A DNA stretch of 61,561 nucleotides from Firmicutes bacterium CAG:822 (GTDB lineage Bacteria > Bacillota_I > Bacilli_A > RF39 > UBA660): contig HF990865.1 of assembly GCA_000432855.1 (NCBI GenBank), positions 1 to 61,561 on the forward strand. The letters run 5' to 3'. The stretch's first letter is position 1. Every line of letters begins with the position of its first letter. This document shows positions 43,246 through 51,496 of the stretch, piece by piece. A model generated the notes under the pieces. The model did no database searches. It saw only the letters and a program-made list of their open reading frames with translations, and was not told the origin of the DNA. Position numbers and translations under genes: made by a program.

Positions 43246-43722
43246 TTAAAACGGGTCTTCTTCTGTATCAATGAATTTACCATTCTCATCATACTTTACC
43301 CTTGGATTTTGTAATTCCTTTTTATTCATCACATTTTCAAGAAAAGTACCATCAAGTAGCATATCTTCGCCTAAAGTTCCTTGATTAATTGTTATTATCT
43401 TTGTATCTTCATCCTCTAATATTGTATAAATTGCTACTAGTTGATGGAGACATTCTGTTAAATCGTTTACATCGCAAGTAATTAAGTAATCAAATTCTCG
43501 GTTTCCTATATTCCTCAAAAAATTCCTCATAGTATTTGAAAAATACGGAAAATAACACCCATTACTATCAAAGTATTTTTTTACAATATTGCAATTGTGT
43601 TCTTCACAGTATTTAACTAGGATTTCTTCTTTTTTCTTCATTTCATCTAAATCACCATCTTCATATCTAATATATAAAGCAACATTTTCAAAACGTTGAT
43701 TTCCTTTCTTTTTAGTCTTCAT
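43246..43722 (-). CDS. resolvase-domain-only paralog lacking the catalytic Ser (1 of 3)
   Basis: FENVALYIRYEDGD..ILVKYCEEHNCNIVKKYFD..DYLITCDVNDLTE..TKIITINQG. The N-terminal strand is near-identical to the integrase's TFNVALYIRLSREDGD, but the LS is missing. Confidence 0.7.
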   Translation of the reverse strand: MKTKKKGNQRFENVALYIRYEDGDLDEMKKKEEILVKYCEEHNCNIVKKYFDSNGCYFPYFSNTMRNFLRNIGNREFDYLITCDVNDLTECLHQLVAIYTILEDEDTKIITINQGTLGEDMLLDGTFLENVMNKKELQNPRVKYDENGKFIDTEEDPF

Positions 43723-44146
43723 TTTTCAACACCTCCAAATCTTTAAAAGAATTTCTATAAATTTTACCTTGCTTAATTGTTTCTATCTCAAAATGTTCTC
43801 GGCTGAACATATCAAAAATCACATTAAACTCGCTAATATTACTACATAATTCAAACATGTCATAGATTATGATTTTATCTAGCTTAGAATAATAACCAGT
43901 TGAATACCTATAAATGATATCCACAACACATTTTAATTTATAAGGTAAATAATCACTTTTACTATTCCTTACGATTTCTTTAATTTCATATTGTTTTTCT
44001 TCACAATACTTTTTCAATTCTTCCTCTTTGTCACAATCTATACTTAAAAACTCACTATTATCATTTCCATCATAATAGTTTTCCGAATCATTATAGATAG
44101 CATAGATTACCACTCTTTCTTGATTAGTTTTTTTTGCTTTTTTCAT
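43712..44146 (-). CDS. resolvase-domain-only paralog lacking the catalytic Ser (2 of 3)
   Basis: ERVVIYAIYNDSE..ELKKYCEEKQYEIKEIV..KIIIYDMFELC..FEIETIKQG. Overlaps the upstream gene by 11 nt. Confidence 0.65.
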   Translation of the reverse strand: MKKAKKTNQERVVIYAIYNDSENYYDGNDNSEFLSIDCDKEEELKKYCEEKQYEIKEIVRNSKSDYLPYKLKCVVDIIYRYSTGYYSKLDKIIIYDMFELCSNISEFNVIFDMFSREHFEIETIKQGKIYRNSFKDLEVLKNED

Positions 44147-44169
44147 TTTCTTTTTCCTCCATTATATTT

Positions 44170-44568
44170 TTAACTTATTATTTCAAGGCTACTATCGAAA
44201 TTAAAATCCAATACATATTCGCCTTGTTTTATTGTTTCAACAATAACATCTACTTGAAGCATATATTCACATATCGCTATTTGTGAATGTAAACCATAGT
44301 TTAAATCATTCAATTCATATAAAATTACTTTTTCAATTTTATGTTTTTTACTCAAATCAATTATTGTATTATACATTTTAAAAATTGCTTTATCCCACAT
44401 AATGTCATCTAAATCAATGTCATTGCTACCTCTGAAAATTTGAACAATTTTGTAATCATTATTTTTACAATAATTTTTCACTAATTTTTCCTTTTCTTTA
44501 TCTCCGTATGGAAAATATACAACTACTTCTGTTTTTTGTTTTTTCAAATCTATTACCTCCCTATTCAA
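44170..44568 (-). CDS. resolvase-domain-only paralog lacking the catalytic Ser (3 of 3)
   Basis: TEVVVYFPYGDKEKEKLVKNYCKNNDYKIVQIF..KVILYELNDLN..VIVETIKQG. Confidence 0.65.
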   Translation of the reverse strand: MNREVIDLKKQKTEVVVYFPYGDKEKEKLVKNYCKNNDYKIVQIFRGSNDIDLDDIMWDKAIFKMYNTIIDLSKKHKIEKVILYELNDLNYGLHSQIAICEYMLQVDVIVETIKQGEYVLDFNFDSSLEIIS

Positions 44569-44677
44569 ACAAAATAATGTTTCGCGAATAAAAATTTACA
44601 TTTTTTTGCTTGCAACATAAGAATATCAAAAAAAATATGGTATAATAAGGAAAAAGCAAAATACTTTTTTTAAGAAA

Positions 44678-45580
44678 GTGTCCGACGCATTATATAGAAA
44701 AGGAAAAATAGATATGTATTATTTTAAATTTAGAGAAGAATTAAGTAAAAATAGGAAAAATATGCCAAAAATATCTTTTGGATATGACTTAAAAGAAAAA
44801 AATAAACCAATATATGATATGTTAGTTTACTTTGATAATTTAACCTCAAATGCAAAAAAAGAATTAGATAAGATATTTGAATACTCAAAACAATTCTCAA
44901 CTAATGGAATAAATAAAGAGGCATGGATAAGGTATGTTGCTGCCTATAAAATAGTTATTCCTGCTATGAGTAAAAAAATTTTGAGAAATGTGCCTCAACC
45001 AACAAATGGTTCTATGGTTTCAATAAAATATGCAGAAAACAAAAAAGAAAAGGAATTACCTTTTAATGATTATAATTCAGTATTCCCCACAATTCCAAAC
45101 ACTGCACCTAGTTTATTTGAAAAACAAATACAATTTAATAAACAAGGTGCCATTGTTACCTTAACTATGTGTAAGGAAGGGACATACGAAAATGATATAG
45201 ATTTACTTTATATGGTTTTAGATTGCTTATTTTCTACAACTATTCCTTATTATATTAAAAAGTGTGAGCTCGAACTATGTGGAAAATATTTTGTACATTC
45301 ACTACCTAATAAGCGAAAATGCAATAGAATGAGATTTGTATATGAGAAACAAACAACTTGTGTTGATGCTGTTAACACTCTTTATCAGCATAAAGAATAT
45401 AGAAGAATAATGCGAAAAGATGCTAAATATTTAAAACACTTTCACAATGATGCAACAAGATATGATATAGATAAATACAATGATGAAAAAAATATAATAA
45501 AAAGTGCCTGTATAAAAAAATTAAATATGAATGACTTTGAAATCTATATAGATAATTTTTATCAGAGTAATAAATTATAA
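44678..45580 (+). CDS. hypothetical protein with C-terminal Cys-rich region
   Basis: The only long plus-strand ORF in the left half of the island. A TGgTATAAT extended -10 lies at about 44636-44650. An alternative ATG start is at 44714. The Cys-rich region is CELELCGKYF..KCNRMRFVYEKQTTC. The 3' end overlaps the resolvase gene by 6 nt. Confidence 0.5.
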   Translation: MSDALYRKGKIDMYYFKFREELSKNRKNMPKISFGYDLKEKNKPIYDMLVYFDNLTSNAKKELDKIFEYSKQFSTNGINKEAWIRYVAAYKIVIPAMSKKILRNVPQPTNGSMVSIKYAENKKEKELPFNDYNSVFPTIPNTAPSLFEKQIQFNKQGAIVTLTMCKEGTYENDIDLLYMVLDCLFSTTIPYYIKKCELELCGKYFVHSLPNKRKCNRMRFVYEKQTTCVDAVNTLYQHKEYRRIMRKDAKYLKHFHNDATRYDIDKYNDEKNIIKSACIKKLNMNDFEIYIDNFYQSNKL

Positions 45581-46165
45581 CTTAATCATATTATAAAAAG
45601 TATTAGGTTTTAGTCCTAGTAATTCCATTGCTTCTTTGCTTTTAATCTCTTTATTTTTCCAACGGCTAACCACAATGTCAAAATCTTGTGGTTTTTCTAT
45701 TCTAGGTCTTCCAAACTTAACTCCATTATTTTTAGCATTAGTAATTCCTTCTTTTTGTCTTTGCTTTATAAAAGTTCTTTCTTGTTCAGCGACATAACTT
45801 AATATTTGTAATACTAAATCACTAATAAAAGTTCCAAGCAAATCTTTATTCTTCCTAGTATCTAATAAAGGCATATCAATAACAACTATATCTGCCTTAA
45901 TATTTTTAGTAATATCTTTCCATTCATCAATGATTTGATTATAATTTCTGCCAAGTCTATCAATAGACTTAATAACCAATAAATCATTTTCTCTTAATAT
46001 ATGTTTTAATGTAATGTAATTTTCTCTATTAAAATCTTTACCACTTTGCTTATCAACATAAATATCTCTCTCATCAATACCATATCCTTTAAATGCTACT
46101 AATTGTCTTTCTTCGTTCTGCTCTTTGCTACTAACTCTAGCATAGCCAAATATTTTACTTTTCAT
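45575..46165 (-). CDS. small serine recombinase (resolvase/invertase) with C-terminal HTH
   Basis: MKSKIFGYARVSSKEQNEERQ.. catalytic motif, SIDRLGRN, and ..EQERTFIKQRQKEGI. Confidence 0.9.
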   Translation of the reverse strand: MKSKIFGYARVSSKEQNEERQLVAFKGYGIDERDIYVDKQSGKDFNRENYITLKHILRENDLLVIKSIDRLGRNYNQIIDEWKDITKNIKADIVVIDMPLLDTRKNKDLLGTFISDLVLQILSYVAEQERTFIKQRQKEGITNAKNNGVKFGRPRIEKPQDFDIVVSRWKNKEIKSKEAMELLGLKPNTFYNMIKL

Positions 46166-46171
46166 ATAAAC

Positions 46172-46402
46172 CTACCTCGCCAAATAATCATTTGCTTCTT
46201 TTAAAACGTTATCAATTATGGAATCATTAACTAACTCATTATAATTAACCTTAATACATTTTCTTTGAAGCTCATCTATAAAATGTACTAAGGCAATAGT
46301 ATAAGGAAAATAATGCTCATTTTCTTCTATGCCAGTTACTAAGGCATCTACATAACCATCACATATCCAATCAACCAATTTTATTAAAATTGACTTATTC
46401 AC
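46172..46402 (-). CDS. 76-aa hypothetical protein upstream of the small resolvase
   Basis: GTG start 9 nt after AAGGAGG (VNKSILIKLVDWICDGYVDALV..). The longer 117-aa ORF in the track has no RBS. Confidence 0.45.
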   Translation of the reverse strand: MNKSILIKLVDWICDGYVDALVTGIEENEHYFPYTIALVHFIDELQRKCIKVNYNELVNDSIIDNVLKEANDYLAR

Positions 46403-46528
46403 TTTATGACACCTCCTTACCATAAATATATAATATATGACTTTCAAAAAAGATACGAGCCGTTTATTTAAAAAAGTAGTAAAACTTTCCAAATATTTGA
46501 AAATAGGTAAGGGCAGTTTTAACAATAC

Positions 46529-46563
46529 AAAAAAGACTTAAATTCTATTAAAATCTAAGTCTT
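46529..46563 (-). terminator. terminator immediately after the reverse transcriptase gene
   Basis: Stem AGACTTA / TAAGTCT, followed by TTTTTT on the minus strand. Confidence 0.65.
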
Positions 46564-46580
46564 TATAAACCTACACAATT

Positions 46581-47888
46581 TTAAACAGGGATATTTCTTA
46601 TAGTATCCATAGCAATTTTAACAAGACTGTCCAGTTTATTTTCTTTAGCAAACTTTAAAACAGAATAATGAAATTCATTATAATAATTTGTTTGTAATAA
46701 AAATATTAACCTCTCTATAAATATTTCTTTTTCTTCTTCATTTATATACCCATATACTTTTTTTAAATAAAACAAACCATTATGTAGCAAAAAATCATCC
46801 GTAGTTACTATTGATAAAATTCTATCTTTATTTTCCTTAGAATAGTTATTCAAGCCAGAAGTTAACATTTTTCTAAGAATTATATCTTCTCTAAATTTAA
46901 CATTATTATCTTTTAATGCAAAAAAAGTATTCGCTGCACTATCGTAGTTTTCTTCCAAAATATCATTTATCATTTCATAGCCATAATATGTTTCTAATTC
47001 TTCCATAGTATATTTATGAACTTTGCTAGCATTTACATTTAAACCAATTTTATTTAACTCATTACAAATACTCAACATTATTCTATTTATATCAGTATCA
47101 TTCCTCGCAAAAATTATTTGGTCATCTGCATATCTTACATATTCAGCCCCTTGTTCTAAGCATAATTCACTAATAATGCTATCATAATCTTGCAAGTAAA
47201 AATTAGCCAATAATCTGGATTGGTCACCAAATTCACTTTGAGGGATACCAACAGTTTTATAATTATAGTTATCAATAGATTTATTCCAATATTTCAAAAA
47301 ATATATTAGTAAATATACTATTTGAGATTTTTTTCTTCCGACCGTTGCTAATAATTTCTTTTCTAAAATATTCAAATTTATATTATCATAAAAATTGGCA
47401 ATATCTAACGAATATGCTACATCATAAACATCAGTTCTAATTTTAGCCCATACTATATTGGAAAATTCCTTCCAGTTTTTATTCCATAACTTTGGGTTGT
47501 AGCTGTTTGTAACATACTCAATTTCTAAATTTTCTAATTCTTTTATCGCATTACCTAATCGCCAGCCACCAAAAGTTCCGTCTATTCTATTAGTAGCAAT
47601 GTCTTCTTCTAGCAACTTTACTAAGAAAAAATATAATGCTTCATCTCTAATTGTTAAACATGGAATAATACGAGCTACATTATTATTTTTATATGTAAAT
47701 ATTCTGCCTCTTAAAATAGAAGGTGAGTAATTTCCATTTATTATATCCTTATATAAATCAATTAAAGTATTTTGAAACTCTTGTTTACTCATTTTTATAG
47801 GAATTAATGTTTCTTTTACAACTTTTTTATAAAAACTATTTGAAAAAACATTTTCAAAACTTTCAAAATCACTAACTATATTATCCAT
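46581..47888 (-). CDS. reverse transcriptase (YADD), stand-alone, Abi/UG-like rather than group II intron or obvious retron
   Basis: RT motifs in order: ARIIPCLTIRDEALYFFLVKLL, TFGGWRLGNA, SLDIANFYDNI (motif A), GIPQSEFGDQSRLLANFYL (motif B), VRYADDQIIFAR (motif C) and LNKIGLNVNASKV (motif D). A ~135-aa helical C-terminal region follows. No maturase-type X domain or endonuclease domain was recognised by eye. Confidence 0.85.
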   Translation of the reverse strand: MDNIVSDFESFENVFSNSFYKKVVKETLIPIKMSKQEFQNTLIDLYKDIINGNYSPSILRGRIFTYKNNNVARIIPCLTIRDEALYFFLVKLLEEDIATNRIDGTFGGWRLGNAIKELENLEIEYVTNSYNPKLWNKNWKEFSNIVWAKIRTDVYDVAYSLDIANFYDNINLNILEKKLLATVGRKKSQIVYLLIYFLKYWNKSIDNYNYKTVGIPQSEFGDQSRLLANFYLQDYDSIISELCLEQGAEYVRYADDQIIFARNDTDINRIMLSICNELNKIGLNVNASKVHKYTMEELETYYGYEMINDILEENYDSAANTFFALKDNNVKFREDIILRKMLTSGLNNYSKENKDRILSIVTTDDFLLHNGLFYLKKVYGYINEEEKEIFIERLIFLLQTNYYNEFHYSVLKFAKENKLDSLVKIAMDTIRNIPV

Positions 47889-47989
47889 CTAATCACCCCA
47901 TAATACTCTTTATTATAACATTAAAATACTAATTATAAGATGGTTTAGTAACATTTACTATTATTTTTTTATTCCTCGCAAATTTCACT

Positions 47990-48028
47990 AAAAAAGGGTA
48001 ACCCAGTATAATTTATACTAAGTTACCT
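47990..48028 (-). terminator. terminator after the ADP-ribosylglycohydrolase gene
   Basis: GGTAAC..AGTATA-aat-TATACT..GTTACC compound stem, followed by TTTTTT on the minus strand. Confidence 0.65.
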
Positions 48029-48104
48029 AAACTACCTTAAACTTACTAATATGCTGTTATTTTTACTAACTATTCAATTTTTAAAACATATATTTTAAAA
48101 CACA

Positions 48105-49079
48105 TTATTTTATAGCATTATAATAGTCATTGCTTAATTTCAATAAATAATCTTTTTTAACTATACTATCTAACCACTTGCTAGGCAAATTACCATAATA
48201 TATACCACTTAAACCACCAACTAATGCTCCAATAGTATCACTATCATTTCCTAAATTGATAGCTTCAATGACACATTTATCATAACTATTATTATTTATA
48301 AAACACCATACTACTGCCTCTAATGTATCAACAACAAAACCCATACTACTAATACTATCTACATCTAATTTACTAATATCGTTATTTAATAATCGGTCAT
48401 AATACTTTATATTTTCCAAGCTAAAATACTTTCTATAATTATATTTTTTTATATTACTATAAGCATTTTCTTTTTCTTCGCCACTTAATAACTCTATAAC
48501 CAACAACACATATATAAAACAACCTAATACACTTATTTCGTGACTATGAGTAAGTGATGATATATCTTTTACTAAATGATATATTTCATCATCATTTAAT
48601 TTCTTATAATAACAATAGTAAGCAATAGGTAATATTCGCATTAAACTACCATTACCATTATAATTAAAACCTTTCATACCACAATCAATTATCTTTTCAT
48701 ATCTTTTATTATGATAATTTCCTAAAGCAAAAAATGTTGCTCTGCCAATGCCGAATGCTTTATCTATGGCAATAAAATCTTTATTTGAAACCCATAAAAT
48801 AAAATTATCCATAATACTTTCATAATTTATTTTGCCTTTATTATCTATAATTGATTTCATTGTAGCAATAACCATACTACTATCATCAGACCAAACACCT
48901 TTTGCACCAATTCTATCACTACTAATCATATCGGTAACTTTATTATTTTTAAATAAATCTCTTTTTTTGAACTCTAATGGAACACCTAAGGCATCACCAA
49001 TTATAAAACCCATTATACCATTTATAACAATATCTTTATTCATTACTTTATACCTCGCAAATTCTACATCTATAAGCAT
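48105..49079 (-). CDS. ADP-ribosylglycohydrolase (ARH/DraG family)
   Basis: GFIIGDALGVPLEF, WSDDSSM, GNGSLMRILP and GNDSDTIGALVGGLSG are the family's metal-site motifs. Confidence 0.8.
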   Translation of the reverse strand: MLIDVEFARYKVMNKDIVINGIMGFIIGDALGVPLEFKKRDLFKNNKVTDMISSDRIGAKGVWSDDSSMVIATMKSIIDNKGKINYESIMDNFILWVSNKDFIAIDKAFGIGRATFFALGNYHNKRYEKIIDCGMKGFNYNGNGSLMRILPIAYYCYYKKLNDDEIYHLVKDISSLTHSHEISVLGCFIYVLLVIELLSGEEKENAYSNIKKYNYRKYFSLENIKYYDRLLNNDISKLDVDSISSMGFVVDTLEAVVWCFINNNSYDKCVIEAINLGNDSDTIGALVGGLSGIYYGNLPSKWLDSIVKKDYLLKLSNDYYNAIK

Positions 49080-49161
49080 TTCTATAAATATATTATAATT
49101 TATTAAAACTATAAAATAAAGCCATAGAACTAACTAAAAAGGACTAATAATAAGCCCTTAA

Positions 49162-49764
49162 TTATAAATCAATATCTACTTTTTCATTACTTAATCTTTT
49201 AGTTAATTTATTTACAAATAATTGTCCCCAACTGTCATATTTTCCTAAACCAAATACAATAGATTTGATTTCTTCGCTATTTTTATCTTTATAAATAATT
49301 ACTAAAAAATAATTATAATAGTTTTTTACTTTTTGACCTATACCAGAGATCGCTCCCAATGCACCTAAGCCAACCATACCACCAACTAATGACCTAGCAA
49401 ATACATTTTTATTTTTAGTATCCATTTGTTTTTTACTCATAATACCAGCATTTACTATTCTATCTAATGATATATTAAAATTACCAATATTAGATATAAC
49501 TGTTAATTCCTCATCATTTACATTTAAAGAACAATTTTCTTCCTCTCGCAAACTGCTTATACCTTCAATATGTTTAATATCTTTTAATTTTAATACTTTC
49601 ATTTTCTTTTCTTTAATAACTTCTTGTTTTACCTCTTTTTGTTTAATAGTGTTATCTTTAACTACCTTATCTTTATTGCCTTTATTCTTAACTGCTTTAA
49701 CAATTAAGTAAATAGGTAATACTACAACTGCGACCCCCAACAACATATAAAATAAATCTTGCAT
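49162..49764 (-). CDS. membrane-anchored protein with Lys-rich linker and internal glycine-zipper segment
   Basis: N-terminal TM helix (LLGVAVVVLPIYLIV), a K/E-rich linker, and a second hydrophobic Gly-rich stretch (LVGGMVGLGALGAISGIG). Confidence 0.5.
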   Translation of the reverse strand: MQDLFYMLLGVAVVVLPIYLIVKAVKNKGNKDKVVKDNTIKQKEVKQEVIKEKKMKVLKLKDIKHIEGISSLREEENCSLNVNDEELTVISNIGNFNISLDRIVNAGIMSKKQMDTKNKNVFARSLVGGMVGLGALGAISGIGQKVKNYYNYFLVIIYKDKNSEEIKSIVFGLGKYDSWGQLFVNKLTKRLSNEKVDIDL

Positions 49765-49898
49765 TTCTTACACCTCTTTCTTTTCTCAACACTTATTCCT
49801 CTTTATTTCGCCGATTATCTCGGCATTATTACCATTTTTCCATTAACTCAATATATTTATATTATTTTCGCCAAACTTACCTAATATCGCTGTTAAAC

Positions 49899-50801
49899 TT
49901 ACTTATTCAAATAATCTAGGAATACCTCTTTAAATCTATCAACCATATCCAATAGCCATACATAAGAACTAGCATTGTCTTTACTACTATTATTGCAACT
50001 AATTCTATTAACTTTTCTATCTTCTAAATATTCCCACTCTAAGCCATTTATCTTATCATCAATTTCAGTTCTATACTGCTCTAACTTTTTATAAATCTCA
50101 TCATTAAATATTTCTAATTGACACCTAATCATATCGCTATTAACACTATGAACTAATTTAATTTTATAATCGCTTGAACCAATACGAATAACATACCAAT
50201 TATAAATTGATGGTCGCTGACTAATATATGTTTTGTCTTTACTTTTGGCATAATCAACAAACCCTTGCCAATATTCCATTTGTTTTAATTCTAAATCGCT
50301 AACATTTTCTTTTGACTGCTGTTTTAATACTTTCGCCCAATTATTAGGTTCACATATTACTTGAAACTTAGGAGCAATAGGGGAATTATCTATTTGCCAC
50401 AATTCCACCTTTACTAAAAATATATTTATCTTTTCAAAACTATTATCATTTAACCACTCAACTGCTTGTTTATGTTCTTCGTTAACATCTTTTACTATCC
50501 ATATAGCAATATCAGCATCTAAACCAGCAGCATATACTAACATTTTTCCTAAATGGTCGTGATTAGTATTCTCTAATTGATTTTCAATAACTATCTTCTT
50601 ATTACTTTCTGTATCTCTTGCATAAATATCAACATTATATCTTCCCACACTCATTTCCGTTTCTATAACCTCAATATCAATGCCTATCTCTTTACTTAGC
50701 AAAGCAATATTTTCTTTCCTAGCCAACCATCTTGTAAAATCCAATGCTTCATGCCTCCAAACTTCTCTTAACTCAATTTTTTCTAATTTTCCAAGTTCCA
50801 T
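49899..50801 (-). CDS. PD-(D/E)XK-like nuclease-fold protein with DUF4268-like C-terminus
   Basis: Start moved to the ATG after GGTGA. ..VGRYNVDIYARD..KIVIENQLENTNHDHLGKMLVYAAG.. is the signature I associate with this family (from memory). Confidence 0.55.
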   Translation of the reverse strand: MELGKLEKIELREVWRHEALDFTRWLARKENIALLSKEIGIDIEVIETEMSVGRYNVDIYARDTESNKKIVIENQLENTNHDHLGKMLVYAAGLDADIAIWIVKDVNEEHKQAVEWLNDNSFEKINIFLVKVELWQIDNSPIAPKFQVICEPNNWAKVLKQQSKENVSDLELKQMEYWQGFVDYAKSKDKTYISQRPSIYNWYVIRIGSSDYKIKLVHSVNSDMIRCQLEIFNDEIYKKLEQYRTEIDDKINGLEWEYLEDRKVNRISCNNSSKDNASSYVWLLDMVDRFKEVFLDYLNK

Positions 50802-50923
50802 ATATAAAATCACCAATATCATTATAACATATTTTATATAATTTTAGACATATAAATATAACTAATATTGCTATCACTCGTTTTTAATATCCTTACAATT
50901 ATATATAGAGGAGGGCGATATAT

Positions 50924-51253
50924 ATGGAAAACAACTTAAAGCAAATACGAAACTCAAAAAAATTACTACAAACTAAAGTTGCTATGGATTTGAATATTAC
51001 CCAAGAAACTATATCTTCTTATGAAACTGGTAGAGTATTCCCAAGTTCCGATATGCTTATTAAACTTGCCAACTACTACAACACATCTATTGACTACTTA
51101 TTATGCCGAACTAAATATGATATGCCTATTGATGATGTTAAACCAAATAATATTTCCGATACTGACTTTATTTTACTTAACAAAATCAATAAATTATCTA
51201 CTACTAATAAAGCCAAAGTAGAAGGTTATATAGATGGCTTAAACGACCATTAA
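50924..51253 (+). CDS. XRE/cI-type HTH transcriptional regulator
   Basis: LKQIRNSKKLLQTKVAMDLNITQETISSYETGRVFPSSDMLIKLANYYNTSIDYLL. Divergent from the nuclease-like gene. Confidence 0.85.
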   Translation: MENNLKQIRNSKKLLQTKVAMDLNITQETISSYETGRVFPSSDMLIKLANYYNTSIDYLLCRTKYDMPIDDVKPNNISDTDFILLNKINKLSTTNKAKVEGYIDGLNDH

Positions 51254-51496
51254 ACTGTTAATGCTATATATCATTTAAAATATATGGCATTTTATTTTAC
51301 CTTAATTTATACTAATGCTTATTTTAAACAATACTATAAATACTTACTCAAATAATATCTATATAAACCTCTTTAATTATCTTTTAATCTTATCTTATAG
51401 TCCTATCTATAATATCATTATAATATCTAAATAATATTATATATCGTGTATATTATATGATAGTAATAATTACTAATACTTTCACTCTAATTCCTT

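Noticed and set aside
47889-48104. Retron-type msr/msd or a DRT2/DRT9-like ncRNA upstream of the reverse transcriptase.
   Set aside because: Half of the 216-bp gap is taken by the ARH terminator hairpin. The extended -10 promoter leaves a leader of only about 20-30 nt. I found no long a1/a2-type inverted repeats, only a small TAGTAA-ATG-TTACTA hairpin. This is not excluded without a covariance search, but it is not supported.
47104-49560. Recurring CCTCGCAAA(TT) motif near 47104, 47972, 49056 and 49545, considered as a shared operator.
   Set aside because: Three of the four copies are inside coding sequence, where they simply encode Phe-Ala-Arg or Leu-Arg-Glu on the minus strand. Only one is intergenic. 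Probably coincidence.
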